Below are positions 40,201 through 49,987 of a DNA stretch of 64,000 nt, piece by piece. The notes below the pieces were generated by a model, which was not told the origin of the DNA, made no database searches, and was given only the letters and a program-made list of their open reading frames with translations. The stretch covers positions 124,001 to 188,000 of the IMG/VR virus record IMGVR_UViG_3300030108_006260. The stretch is one strand, 5' to 3'. The position numbers were made by a program, and so were the translations under genes. The first letter of the stretch is position 1. Every line of letters starts with the position of its first letter.

Positions 40201-42332
40201 TCTCTGCTCTCTTCTAGAATTGAAGATGCTTCTTCCTTAGAAGTGAGGGTGTGACGTATGTCAAGTACCTCTTTCTGTGCGGGATTTGAGGAAGAGGTAA
40301 TACCGTCTGGGCGTCCTGATGACCCATTCTGGAAAGACGGAGGACTGGCTGCCCAAGTCTGTGTGTTCCTTCTGTGAACTAGAGAAACAGGTATAGCGTA
40401 CACAACACCTGTAAGACTAGGATCCTCCCCTCCTGCGTCCTCGTGGGGAAGCGTAGCTCGTTCCCATAACCCAGGATCTTCTGAAGAAAGAGTGTATCCT
40501 GCCGCAGTCATGGCGTCAGATGTGTCCATGGCAGATCCGACAGAAAAAGTGCGAACCCTTCCTAGCCACTGGGCAGATCTTAGGCCCATTCTGTTGTATC
40601 TAATAAGCTCGGAAGGTCCCCTGAACTGAGGATTGCCGTGTGGATGAATTGTCTTTTCTACTTCTACCACCACCAAGTCACGACGGCTACCCGTAGCTGG
40701 AGCAGAAGGGAGAACCACAGAAATAGGGTTCTCAGTCCTTAAATCACTTCCTTTTACCCGTACAACACACGGAGAAAGAGTAATGCCACCGGCCGAGGGC
40801 ACTAGCGGAGAAAAGGTGCTCTTGTAGAATCCGGAAGGACCCTTAGAAGAAGAAATAGAGGTAGAAAGAGAGGACTGCTCGCCTCCTACAGTGGACATCT
40901 CCTGAATACCCGCACCTAGCTCTGCTCTAGGCGCAACGTCAAAAACATACCTGTCGTTGTTGTCGTCCGACCTTGTTGATAGCACGTAAGAAGAAGGTCC
41001 AGTCTCACTTAGTGTGCGTCTAATAAGAATGAGGGGGATGGCCCAGCTTACCCCGTCAACAGAAGTTACAGAAGAAGCAGACCACAACCTCTGATCATTC
41101 TGGGAAGCAGATGTACCAAAGGGATTACCGTCAATATTAGTGACAGAGGGGGCTGCTAGTAGGATGTTGTTCAGTGAGTTCGAAGATACACCCGACTGTA
41201 CCCCTATCTGCCACCTAGTGGCTACAAAAGACGAGTCGTATGCCTCGATAGATCCAAACCCTATATTTGGAGAGGTAAACTGCTCTAAAAGCTGTTCCAA
41301 GTTTGCTCGAAGCTGGGAATACGTAGAGGTCCCGCCTACGGTAGGATCATTAGGAAACGATTCGGAAGAAACAGAGCCAGGGATAACCTCTCGCCACACC
41401 TCCAAGTACACAACGTCATATCTACCTGCTGTAGGAGCAGACAGTGATACTTCAGTATAGGGGGTCTTGACAAGGTGACCGTTAACTATCGAGTGAAGAG
41501 GCCCTAGGTCTATACGATCTGCGGTAGTTGATTGTACTACAATAGGAAGAGAAGAATCAGGTCCTCTGTGCGAGAACCCTCCTGCGAAACCGTACCCTCC
41601 CTGAAGGAAAGAGTCGTTGTTGGTAGATCCTATGATACCAGATCCGTTTAGTGCCCTACTTTGAATGGACGAGCTTTGCTGTGATACCTCCACTGCACTT
41701 GCTAAATCTGTAGCCCCTCCTACTGCGTTCCATGTTTCAGAAGAGGAATCCCACGCGTAAGGAGTGAGAGTGTCTAGTACTATACGTACGTCACCGTCCC
41801 TATTTCCTAGGTTGGGACCTGATGCAGAGATGGAGGGAAGGGACGCAAAATCTGCTACAGGAGACCTCCATCCGGACTTTCCTGCTTTCTCTGCCCAGTC
41901 ACCGATGGAGTAGTCAATTACAACGCCAGGATCCTGAAGGGACGTGGCACCGAAAGGAACTTCAATTCTAGCAAATGCTACAAAATATTCCTTGCTTATA
42001 GACGTAAGAAAGGTAGTCTCAGGTACTACCTGGAGATTTGCGATAGAAGAAGTTAGAGATCTGTATTCTAGGTGAAGAATAAGGTAACTTACACGAGAGG
42101 GACCAGCAGCAGCAGGAGCAGGAACCGTACGTGTCTCATTAGAGTCAGATATGGCAACAATTCCATCGTACCCTGCGGCAACAAATGGAGCGATACCCAT
42201 CGTAAGAGAAGTAGACGAAGGACTCAAATGTCCTCCATCGAAAATACCTCTATCAACAATTCTAGCAAACCTGCTGTTCAAATCAGCAGTGCTATCGGAG
42301 TTACGGTAAATTAGTACGGGTTTAATTGCCAC
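37251..42332 (-). CDS. Large baseplate/fibre-associated structural protein (1693 aa) with an internal domain duplication
   Basis: Two copies of P...R.D.V..EV and (W/Y)AIP(L/V).L..RR segments. Confidence 0.65.
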   Translation of the reverse strand: MAIKPVLIYRNSDSTADLNSRFARIVDRGIFDGGHLSPSSTSLTMGIAPFVAAGYDGIVAISDSNETRTVPAPAAAGPSRVSYLILHLEYRSLTSSIANLQVVPETTFLTSISKEYFVAFARIEVPFGATSLQDPGVVIDYSIGDWAEKAGKSGWRSPVADFASLPSISASGPNLGNRDGDVRIVLDTLTPYAWDSSSETWNAVGGATDLASAVEVSQQSSSIQSRALNGSGIIGSTNNDSFLQGGYGFAGGFSHRGPDSSLPIVVQSTTADRIDLGPLHSIVNGHLVKTPYTEVSLSAPTAGRYDVVYLEVWREVIPGSVSSESFPNDPTVGGTSTYSQLRANLEQLLEQFTSPNIGFGSIEAYDSSFVATRWQIGVQSGVSSNSLNNILLAAPSVTNIDGNPFGTSASQNDQRLWSASSVTSVDGVSWAIPLILIRRTLSETGPSSYVLSTRSDDNNDRYVFDVAPRAELGAGIQEMSTVGGEQSSLSTSISSSKGPSGFYKSTFSPLVPSAGGITLSPCVVRVKGSDLRTENPISVVLPSAPATGSRRDLVVVEVEKTIHPHGNPQFRGPSELIRYNRMGLRSAQWLGRVRTFSVGSAMDTSDAMTAAGYTLSSEDPGLWERATLPHEDAGGEDPSLTGVVYAIPVSLVHRRNTQTWAASPPSFQNGSSGRPDGITSSSNPAQKEVLDIRHTLTSKEEASSILEESRDLLYRGDLRTRMRESSLSSDVAGTQYLQVDRVASAPAAGTFTIPGAPNGSVTFWGDSDEAVLLSATFPVWNSGVAVTDGSSTPTFTWSGTPTEGFLTINAPPGYVLNLDNDRTNTLLGPGGVQVITHTVGTNTATDIPYAAAFSPGSISFDAEGNLASAASGGIAIPLPAGASSAGVVHVQVWARRPSRGRGPTYSNNGGMFEVADNVHRIDFFNGVSTVEVDSSPLVAQVTASPVGDQITITQADLFAALGGAGNKYASVASQLRMYGILDVSIQGSSLALPSGSPKITYVDLQNAAGLAQGFEQIVVSFDPGSVATPVTFTVAFDGDLINRWAIVSPFNRGVRGLYSWSTSAIRPTFVGGSSGASQVQPTRNPTALPSRNFLVPVRDSGYSGFFLGTSNGSEISSLSWGGSELMAYARNVTTSSPQWRLWTDPGLRDNTNIGGVNTITVGVKDALSDPLYTSGYSAFASFDYSGYPGFDFEVLLVSPCRVPLTAAQSLTVYYDMTPYQGLADAYPLQDKTTGTVLKVGDVDVHTMGTNMPWISPRSLSWDFRGEVVLAQDTGSPASRGQDLLQLRNSHGSAVLESSSTHDAGTRSIGALTRRLPTGGSVYGVSEAETLVENTLLFDRPATVSRVIHPEEARGDDVGALVGMEYSLGAWRAPSVADRYAYYPLIVPDGAYINGVTVRVGTATSASFELDLLNINPPSSSTVATATISTSSSDEEVRVYEFDGVGALKQSSNNYVLRIRSLTPGAEHFVYTVTVYYRDPSVPSSNSSRRKYSRLVRTEYEGQGAGSLLHTGAVLSNPWSAPDFATLESSFFANGDSSYGSVPRGKVSRYSLDLGVASASSSLGSFLYYVPLSDLEAQDSLSVLDRLGVYISWPFADSPRSRTLPSSFASSTQEVYGAHSPDTTSSSLSDSLFVGASFTYLIKDPSGLISLVVSHSILNSSSADRSSILRVRTGREAAIDAFYPVGRPLYTKDS

Positions 42333-42341
42333 GGGGCTGCC

Positions 42342-42818
42342 TTAGAGTTGTACGAACACTTCGTATTCGAAGGTGTCGGTGGGGGTCTTAAACTTTAGAG
42401 GAAAGTTAGCTATAGCAAATAAAAATTGTGTCCCTATCTCAGGGTCCCCTATAGTGGGACTGTACACTACAGTACCTATCAGACACAAAGAGCTTACTGC
42501 TCCTGTTGCTTCACCTGCACCAGCAGTACATGTGAATACAGGACATGACAAACTAGCAAAACTAACAGAATCAACTGAGTCTGCGAAAGAACAACCTCCC
42601 ACAGTGGTTATTGCCTCTACTACCGAACCTACAGGACCACAATAACACCCCGTCCTGGTTGGATCGGGGGTAAGGGCCAAAGTTGGATCGGCAGGGCTGT
42701 GACCATTTGATCCTAATACAAAAGAGTCAACAACAAAACTTTTACCTGTAGCCAGCATTTCAGCAATACGGGCTTTTCCCTGGTTAGTAACCAGGGCTAA
42801 GGCCTCAACGGTAGGCAT
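42342..42818 (-). CDS. Tail-collar/fibre-attachment-like protein
   Basis: LALVTNQGKARIAEMLATGKSFVVDSFVLG...FLFAIANFP, resembling the DUF3751-type fibre N-terminus. Confidence 0.6.
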   Translation of the reverse strand: MPTVEALALVTNQGKARIAEMLATGKSFVVDSFVLGSNGHSPADPTLALTPDPTRTGCYCGPVGSVVEAITTVGGCSFADSVDSVSFASLSCPVFTCTAGAGEATGAVSSLCLIGTVVYSPTIGDPEIGTQFLFAIANFPLKFKTPTDTFEYEVFVQL

Positions 42819-42842
42819 AGACTATCTCCATAAAAATCAGCA

Positions 42843-42949
42843 CACAAGGCAAAAGTAACACTTATAGAGCTAGATAATGCTCAGAGTATCTAGCGTTTAG
42901 GTCCCCATATGCCAAAATGAGGTATAGATTACTTTTACCGTATCTTGTG
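42843..42949. other. Structured intergenic element with nested inverted repeats
   Basis: CACAAG/CTTGTG and AAAAGTAA/TTACTTTT outer arms; inner GCTAGATA-N10-TATCTAGC. Confidence 0.5.
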
Positions 42950-44431
42950 CTAGGTAGAAATTAAACTAGCAAAAGATGTAATTGGAGTTGACAGGGATAT
43001 AGTAGCTAGAGAAGAACCAAGAAGAGTAGCTTGAGGCCGATCAAAACAGCATTCAAGGTCCTCAAAGAGAGAAGTCTCGGGTACGGTAGTATCTAAACAA
43101 GATCCACCGTCAAAGCGGTTAACAAGTGGAGTTCCATACCACCCGTCACAAAGTGGATCAGATTCCTCACAGGAGTCTAAGGCAAGTCCTATATCAAAAG
43201 GAATTGATGTTTCATACCTTACGGTAATATCTCTTCCAGGATTTCCTGAAACTAAAACAAGGGTCCTGGTGCCAGGAATGAAAAAACTAGAAAGGAGAGA
43301 CGCTCCTAGGGGGTCTGATGAAGTTACCGAGGAAATTCTTCTAGGAGGACGAGAAAGAGTAACGTAGGAGGATCCGGGTATGCCAGTTACAGACCCCGTA
43401 ATGTCGTCTAATATAGAACCAAAGGGAACACTTTCAGAAAACGGAGTAAAGTTATCTAGGCGAGATCGCCCTAGCGCAAGCTCGGAAACTACGTCAAAGG
43501 GGTATCTCCACGCACAGAAGGCGAAGGACGACAGGGACCTAAGAGATACTGACACTGTTATAGGTAAACAGTCAGTTGTCAAAAGGGGAATTACGGAACA
43601 AAGACCTGCTTCCGTGTCGAATATGTGAGACTCTGGTAGTCCTAAATAGTTTAAGGAAACTTTTTCATCAGAAACCGAGGTAAGCTCTGCAATGGACGGG
43701 TCCAGGTTATCCATTAGCTTAACAAAAGCAGCCCATGTTCCTATGCATAGGTTAGGGACCCACACATGAAATTCATACCCGCCACTGTCGTGCGCTTGGC
43801 TATATACCGTGTATACGCTAGGCTCATACAGAACCCTGTTTACTACTGTTTCCCTTACTAGAGGAGTAGTATTGGATACAGCAGTAACAATGTCATCCAC
43901 ACCACGAGTAGACCCTGTCTCATTTATAAGAGATCTGACAGCTAGTTTACCAGCGAGCACACGAGTTGCACGAGTAGAAGGAAGGTACTCCTGAAATTCT
44001 ATCTGATGCTCAGTATGACGTAACGAAAGGTCACTGTTGAGCTGGGCCTCTGCGTCATTGAAGTTTATCTCGGAATTAAAGAAGTACTCCTGAGCCGCAC
44101 CTTTTGTAATTGTAGCAAAATCAGTAGCTACAACGAGTATGAGCCACTGATCTGTTTCCGACCTAACAGATAGAAAGTTCTTTCCTCTTTCTAAGAAAAG
44201 GTCTATAGATTGTTTGGAACTAGATAAAACGACACGTGTTACAAGGGTGCCATTCCTGGAGACCTCAACTACGTCTCCCTCGTTTCCCTCAAGTATGAAG
44301 GAAGTACGATCCGCACTAAGGGGTAGAGTCACAGGGCCCAGATGCCACTGTCTTCCGGAAGGAATAGAGGCTAGCAAGGACTCGTATGTACTGTCATACG
44401 GAGTAGGTGCAGGATATAGTCTAAGTGTCAT
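42950..44431 (-). CDS. Baseplate wedge-like protein (gpI/gp7-type position)
   Basis: Lies downstream of the J-like gene; contains a GSTRGVDDIV motif. Confidence 0.45.
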   Translation of the reverse strand: MTLRLYPAPTPYDSTYESLLASIPSGRQWHLGPVTLPLSADRTSFILEGNEGDVVEVSRNGTLVTRVVLSSSKQSIDLFLERGKNFLSVRSETDQWLILVVATDFATITKGAAQEYFFNSEINFNDAEAQLNSDLSLRHTEHQIEFQEYLPSTRATRVLAGKLAVRSLINETGSTRGVDDIVTAVSNTTPLVRETVVNRVLYEPSVYTVYSQAHDSGGYEFHVWVPNLCIGTWAAFVKLMDNLDPSIAELTSVSDEKVSLNYLGLPESHIFDTEAGLCSVIPLLTTDCLPITVSVSLRSLSSFAFCAWRYPFDVVSELALGRSRLDNFTPFSESVPFGSILDDITGSVTGIPGSSYVTLSRPPRRISSVTSSDPLGASLLSSFFIPGTRTLVLVSGNPGRDITVRYETSIPFDIGLALDSCEESDPLCDGWYGTPLVNRFDGGSCLDTTVPETSLFEDLECCFDRPQATLLGSSLATISLSTPITSFASLIST

Positions 44432-44437
44432 GAGATA

Positions 44438-44887
44438 CTAAATAAGACTCCGCCTGCTCAGGAAGTATCTAAAAGAAGATATCTCTCCAGCAGACGAAGT
44501 AAGAAGATCTTCCAGTCCTAGAGGCGTATCACCTCCTCCATGAAATGGAATTTCTGTTAAAATAGCTCGTATGTTACGTACCAGCTTATCCAGCTGACGC
44601 TGAAAGAACAACGAAAAGTCTGGAGAACTATCTCTAAACTCTCCGGAGTATTCTAACATTCGTGTAAGAATGTAGCGGCTCTGATTAACAGGATCTACGT
44701 CTGATCCGTAGAAAACTGCCTGCTCCGCTATCGGGTCTAGAAGACTGTCAAGTTTTACGTAAAGTTCCCTGTATAACTGGTGGTCCGAGTAGCTAGAGGG
44801 ACCTGAAGCGAGCCAGTGAGCTGTCTGGGCCAAAGAAGAAAGATATCTAAGCTCCCAAGCAAGCTGGGATAGAAGAGGTCCTATCAT
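44438..44887 (-). CDS. dps: Dps/ferritin-like protein
   Basis: AHWLASGPSSYSDHQLYRELY...LDPIAEQ matches the Dps signature HW..G..F..(L)H..(F)EE.Y...D..AE. Confidence 0.75.
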   Translation of the reverse strand: MIGPLLSQLAWELRYLSSLAQTAHWLASGPSSYSDHQLYRELYVKLDSLLDPIAEQAVFYGSDVDPVNQSRYILTRMLEYSGEFRDSSPDFSLFFQRQLDKLVRNIRAILTEIPFHGGGDTPLGLEDLLTSSAGEISSFRYFLSRRSLI

Positions 44888-45102
44888 CGTGGTACTCCTC
44901 TTGGAGGTATGTAGTTTTCTACTGATTTAAAATCAGAAGTCTCCCCAGTTCCTAATCCTTTTTCCAGGTCATCAACGTCCTTGACTTTACGACCCTGGTT
45001 GTTTTGGGGTACTGTAAAGTTTTCTGCTTCAGGCTCTGGATGAAGCTTGGCGTCAGCGGTCATGTCTACTTTAGAGAAATCTAAAAATCTAGAGGAACTC
45101 AT
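44884..45102 (-). CDS. Hypothetical protein (72 aa)
   Basis: Coupled on both sides. Confidence 0.6.
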   Translation of the reverse strand: MSSSRFLDFSKVDMTADAKLHPEPEAENFTVPQNNQGRKVKDVDDLEKGLGTGETSDFKSVENYIPPRGVPR

Positions 45103-46499
45103 CGTCGTACATCTATCTGTGTAAGGGAAGAATCTGAAACTGGGTACTCATACGGCTTAAACTCAATAACCTCCACAGGTATGGTTCCTCCTGAGTTCCT
45201 AGTAAACTCTGTGACTGTGATGGACGCTACGCCTGCTACAGTAGAAGTAAGCTTAGAGCGTAGGTCGTTAGGAAACAGCAAAGAAACAAACTGTTCCGGA
45301 TTAAGGAATTCAGCTGTTGTAGCATATGCGAAAGATGCCGCATCTGTCTCATCAAAAGAGCTGAGTACTTGTACTAGTATCCTAGATCTAACTTCTACGG
45401 GTATAGCTTTCCTGACTAGGATATCGGCCCTGTATAGCTTTACACCAACTCTATCTACGTAGTCCTGAGTGTCTCTAACGAGCCTATCATACTGGTACGT
45501 TATGGTTACGGTGGAATTCAGCCCAGGAATACTAGACAAGGAAACCTGGTCATTAGCCCTGGTAGAGCCCCTAAATCCGTCAGAAGTATCCGGGATAAAG
45601 GTGTAATCTACACTGGACCCGTCCACTAACACAGAAGAAACTGACAACACCGGAGTGTTAGGTATACTAAAGCGTTGCGTAAGTCCGTCTGAAATGTAGG
45701 ATATATCTGCTGTTTCTGCTTTTGATCCTATCAAGTATACATCCCACGCAGACCTCCGGGTTCTTCTACGAAAGTTGTCGTAGTCCGTACTGAATATCAG
45801 TACAACATCTTGTATGGACCCAGGGTCATAGTTACGTATCAGCTGCTCAAGACCAGATCCAGAACCTTGACCAAGCCCGTTAAATTTGGACCTTATTCTA
45901 CGTCCAAATCTTGAGTTAGACTCACGCTCTGTTCCCCCAGAAATTCTTTCAAAGTTTATAACACCATCTATTCCAGGAACATCAACCAGTATGTTGTTGA
46001 CCCTTCGAGCAGGTACTTCGAAAATACTTCCTGAACCAAGTGCCTCTACGGGGACCTTGACCTCATACCTACGACGTGCAGCATTGAAGAAAGCAGGTAG
46101 ACTAGACCCGAATATGAAGGCATCCCGAACTGTTCGATAAGCGATAGACGGGTCTGATGTTGTTACTACGGTACCAGCCGGTATTACTGTTACATCCGAA
46201 GAGGATATAGCAGAAGAAGTAAAAAATACTACATTACCGGTAGAAGGACGACCTGCGTCGGGACGAAGTCCGTGATTAGCTCCGTACAGAACGAGGACGT
46301 CCGAACTTTGAGTAAGTACGTAGTCAAGACTAAACCTGCGGCTTAGATCATCGTATTTTAGTTCGACTGATCTAAGCTGTGCACTATACGGACGTATCAA
46401 TAAGTCGAATACAGGACCTTTGACTGTGTCAATTGAGGAGTCCTGCTGCTCTATGGAAGAAGCCAGTGAGGCTTCAATTTGTGCTAAGGTTCTAGCCAC
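45099..46499 (-). CDS. Baseplate J-like wedge protein
   Basis: G...VVFF...IPAGTVVTT, V.VEALGSG, ISGGTERES...RRIR pattern. Confidence 0.85.
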   Translation of the reverse strand: MARTLAQIEASLASSIEQQDSSIDTVKGPVFDLLIRPYSAQLRSVELKYDDLSRRFSLDYVLTQSSDVLVLYGANHGLRPDAGRPSTGNVVFFTSSAISSSDVTVIPAGTVVTTSDPSIAYRTVRDAFIFGSSLPAFFNAARRRYEVKVPVEALGSGSIFEVPARRVNNILVDVPGIDGVINFERISGGTERESNSRFGRRIRSKFNGLGQGSGSGLEQLIRNYDPGSIQDVVLIFSTDYDNFRRRTRRSAWDVYLIGSKAETADISYISDGLTQRFSIPNTPVLSVSSVLVDGSSVDYTFIPDTSDGFRGSTRANDQVSLSSIPGLNSTVTITYQYDRLVRDTQDYVDRVGVKLYRADILVRKAIPVEVRSRILVQVLSSFDETDAASFAYATTAEFLNPEQFVSLLFPNDLRSKLTSTVAGVASITVTEFTRNSGGTIPVEVIEFKPYEYPVSDSSLTQIDVRR

Positions 46500-46507
46500 G
46501 GTACTTC

Positions 46508-47002
46508 CTAGATAATGGTAGTATCATCTGTGCGAATAGACCCAGGCAACCCTGGTTTTGAACTACTCAAAGATTGATGTCGTAAATTTACCCTAAACGA
46601 TAGAGGAATTCTGTCTAGACCCCCAGAGGGGACAATGTTTACAGTAAAAACAAATCCTGTTTTACTTGCCTGATACACACGGACGGTTCCTATTTCACCC
46701 ACAGCTTCAAAAGCAGTAAGTTGGTCTGACCTTTGTCGCTGTATTGACTGTAGCCTCTCAAGAGAGTCTCTGACTTCTTGTCGTATAAATCCCCTATTAA
46801 ATATGAGGGCAACACTTCTGTTTGAGTTTGCTAACTCAAGACTAGATATCCTCGATCCATATCCTCTCTCGGGGTCATAATCGGTTAAAAGAGAGTCTGC
46901 GGCGTCCTGTGCGAGTTTTTCGTTACCAGAAATTAGAAGTGCCCTTCCATTACTGGGTTGAAGAAAGATATCCCCGTCTACCTTTTTTAAAGTTCTAGAC
47001 AC
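46508..47002 (-). CDS. gp25-like baseplate wedge protein
   Basis: ISGNEKLAQD...LLT...YGS pattern; immediately upstream of the J-like gene. Confidence 0.7.
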   Translation of the reverse strand: MSRTLKKVDGDIFLQPSNGRALLISGNEKLAQDAADSLLTDYDPERGYGSRISSLELANSNRSVALIFNRGFIRQEVRDSLERLQSIQRQRSDQLTAFEAVGEIGTVRVYQASKTGFVFTVNIVPSGGLDRIPLSFRVNLRHQSLSSSKPGLPGSIRTDDTTII

Positions 47003-47547
47003 TAGTCATACTCCATAAGAAGTCTAATCCATGATTCTAACTCTCTAAAGAACAGAGTGGACCCCGAGGCATCTGATCTAGACAGCAAGACATTAAGGGC
47101 AGCGTAGTTAAAAGTTAGACGATCCCTTTTTTCTGCCAGGCTCCCGAGACTTTGTGTAATAGCTTCTTGTAGACCTATTACTTCTCCTACGTCCGTAAAT
47201 CCGTCTATAGTTCCTCCATAGGAATCTCGTACGCTGTCATAAAGACTTGTTAGGGCATCAAATTGTGTGTTACCTTCGTTTGTGTTTCGTATCTCTTCTT
47301 CTATAAATTCCTGCAATAACTCGTTGTAAGTACCCAAGTCATTGGGGTTATTGTCTATAATTGTCTGAAAAAACGAAGCTATCTGTGTTTTGACAGAGGA
47401 GTCAGTCAGTATGAGATAAACTTCGAAGTCAGATGATATTTCCGCTTCTGTGTCGGATAAAGACGAATATAGAACAGGACGACTGCCCGGAGTGCGAGCC
47501 TTCCTGGATACTATGTCCGCCTCTTCCGCTGATAAACCACGTGGCAT
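47002..47547 (-). CDS. Hypothetical baseplate-region protein (181 aa)
   Basis: Coupled ORF. Confidence 0.55.
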   Translation of the reverse strand: MPRGLSAEEADIVSRKARTPGSRPVLYSSLSDTEAEISSDFEVYLILTDSSVKTQIASFFQTIIDNNPNDLGTYNELLQEFIEEEIRNTNEGNTQFDALTSLYDSVRDSYGGTIDGFTDVGEVIGLQEAITQSLGSLAEKRDRLTFNYAALNVLLSRSDASGSTLFFRELESWIRLLMEYD

Positions 47548-49385
47548 TAGGTGTTATCCCCACTAAAAGAAGCTTGTGCCCTCTGCTGTAGGAGCTGGGA
47601 CAAGCGTGCTGTTTCTGGTGAAGAACAGGTTCCTCCAGGGGAAGAGCCTGTACCAGAAGAACTCATTGACATTCCAGTTTCTAGTTCAGACCTCAGGGAC
47701 AAGGCCAAGTTTTTAGATGCAAGTCTTAGGGCCCTAGAGTTAGATATACTGAAGTCAAACAAGGTACTTGCAAAGTCCATAGCCTGCTTGTGCAGTCCCA
47801 CAACCTCTTGAATGGAAGAAGGAAGTTCAAATCCAAAGTCAATGGATTCCTCTACTAAACAAGATAGAGGAGCAGAAGGTAATCTAGGAACTGAGACTAA
47901 GGAGTTTGAAATAAATGACCCTGCGCATGAAACGGAAGAAAGTGATCCCATCAAGTTGTTGAATTTACTAGAGAAATCTCGTATCATTGTTGATTGATTC
48001 TCTATGGTTGTTATAATGTCTTCTAGGACGTTAGAATCAGTTATTCCAAGTGTTCCGGGTGTTCCAGGGCCTCCTACGCCTCCTATGCCATCAACGAGAG
48101 AAGATACTCCCGCATCTGGGTAGGAGAAGGAGGGGGAAAATCCAGACCCAAAGACACAGTCCATTAGTCCAGTAGACCTATTACCCAGAAGGTTGTATAC
48201 TAGCGTCTGAACATTTGATAGTTCTATAAAAACGGAAGAAACAAACTCTTGGGCCTCCGACAATGCGGATTTAAGGGCCAGTAGCTGCGATCTTAAGGTT
48301 CCTACTATGGCAGTAACAATTGCTCCTGCCTCAGGGGATAGAAGAGGTATCTCGTTCTCTAGAGTGGAAAGACTATCACTAAGAGAGAACGTAGCGTCTA
48401 AATCGATAGAGGATACGAGAGCGGGAGCACTGGACGTAAAGTCCCTAAATCCAGTAGGAGTAGAAGATCCAGAGGATCTACTAAGAGTATCTCTTAGGTC
48501 AGAAACTAGAGTAGCGGGATCTATCTCAGTCGAAATAGGACGGTCAGACCTCTCAATAACAGAGTCGGAGTCAAGTCCAAACGAAAGAAATATTCGAACT
48601 ATACTTAGTGGGTCACTTATGCGATACACTACTAAAGATTCAGTGGACCTTAAACTTAGTGCGTCTATAAACTGTGACTTAGACAAGCCAAGACTTGTTG
48701 CCTTGTTTCTATTGAGGGGACTAGGGTCTGGTTGACCTAACCAAAACAGGTGTCCTGTAAGGTCTTCTGGATCTTTATCTACTAGGCGGGCTGCGTCGGT
48801 CAAACTAGCGTCTACTGCTGCTGTCCTAGTGAGTGTCTGAGTAAACTCTGGGGAACACTTGGTAGCAGGAACAACAGTTGTTTCCGTGTACGTTGTGACA
48901 AAAAGGAATCTGTTCTTTAGATCTGAGGACGATCTATAGGAATCTTCGGATCCCGATGATATGGGAACGTCCATGAGGTCGGGAGTATACCGAATAAGCT
49001 TTGATATACCACCAACTAGACGTGTAAGTACCTTCAGAGAAGATACTTCTGTGTTTCCTGGAGGGATAACCCTACCGTTTACTATGTTTATTCCAAACCT
49101 GTCCCTGATGGATGATTCCAGGTCTTCCCTAGAGTCTGTAACGGTGAGAGACATCACGTCTGATATATCAGAGGAACTTATGTTTCTTGTAGCAAGAAGC
49201 TTGTCCAATCCTGACTTAAGAGGCTTAGTTACAGAACTCTCTAAAGATTCTCTTATGGACTCTAGCTCTAAGAGAGCAGCACTAGAAGCGAGGTACTGCT
49301 CTCCCATCCTCTCTTGGAAAGATAATAGGGCACTATCTAGCTCAGGGTCTACTCGACATCTGATGGTATACGCACTAAATGGCAT
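47547..49385 (-). CDS. Hypothetical baseplate-region protein (612 aa)
   Basis: Coupled ORF, Ser-rich. Confidence 0.6.
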   Translation of the reverse strand: MPFSAYTIRCRVDPELDSALLSFQERMGEQYLASSAALLELESIRESLESSVTKPLKSGLDKLLATRNISSSDISDVMSLTVTDSREDLESSIRDRFGINIVNGRVIPPGNTEVSSLKVLTRLVGGISKLIRYTPDLMDVPISSGSEDSYRSSSDLKNRFLFVTTYTETTVVPATKCSPEFTQTLTRTAAVDASLTDAARLVDKDPEDLTGHLFWLGQPDPSPLNRNKATSLGLSKSQFIDALSLRSTESLVVYRISDPLSIVRIFLSFGLDSDSVIERSDRPISTEIDPATLVSDLRDTLSRSSGSSTPTGFRDFTSSAPALVSSIDLDATFSLSDSLSTLENEIPLLSPEAGAIVTAIVGTLRSQLLALKSALSEAQEFVSSVFIELSNVQTLVYNLLGNRSTGLMDCVFGSGFSPSFSYPDAGVSSLVDGIGGVGGPGTPGTLGITDSNVLEDIITTIENQSTMIRDFSSKFNNLMGSLSSVSCAGSFISNSLVSVPRLPSAPLSCLVEESIDFGFELPSSIQEVVGLHKQAMDFASTLFDFSISNSRALRLASKNLALSLRSELETGMSMSSSGTGSSPGGTCSSPETARLSQLLQQRAQASFSGDNT

Positions 49386-49987
49386 CAGATCTCAATAGGC
49401 TCCTGAATAGATATAACAAGTTGATACGCTGTTTTTGCATACCCTACTTCTTGTACAAAACCTCCGGAAGGTGGGTTTGGAGACAAAGTTATTTCTCCAG
49501 AAGAAGAACTGATCCAGTACACACTGTCAGGAGTAAGGGGAAGAAAAGAGTAGGGGTCTTGAGCGGAATACGTGTAAGTCCCAGAGTTCTGAACAGTCAC
49601 AGATCCCTGGGAGGGAACTCCCGTCACTACTCCGACTGATGGCCCGTCTGCGAAAGTGGACGCATCGGAAAGGCTAACAACGTTGGAAGAGGTTTGAACC
49701 ACCCACTGGCCTATTGATATTGTTCCCTGAGAGGAGAACGTGAGAGAGGAATTTCCCTGTCCCCCACCGCTTCCCTGTGAGTTGAACAGAGTGTTGTCAT
49801 TATTGTCAAAGTGCTGAAGACTAGGGTTCGCTGTCTGCGCTATTGCGTCTGCGAATCCTTTCACTACATCATAGTAGTCAGGGCGACCTGCTAAACCAGA
49901 GGCAGATCTACTTTTATTCCTGTCTGCGATGTGAGTTTTTATAGCCTGAGCAAGTGTTTCAGGATCTAACAAAGGGAACTGTGGCAT
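49385..49987 (-). CDS. Structural protein with a small beta-clip/cement-like domain (200 aa)
   Basis: ISIGQWVV...VGVV...SVTVQNSG...QEVGYA pattern. Confidence 0.5.
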   Translation of the reverse strand: MPQFPLLDPETLAQAIKTHIADRNKSRSASGLAGRPDYYDVVKGFADAIAQTANPSLQHFDNNDNTLFNSQGSGGGQGNSSLTFSSQGTISIGQWVVQTSSNVVSLSDASTFADGPSVGVVTGVPSQGSVTVQNSGTYTYSAQDPYSFLPLTPDSVYWISSSSGEITLSPNPPSGGFVQEVGYAKTAYQLVISIQEPIEI

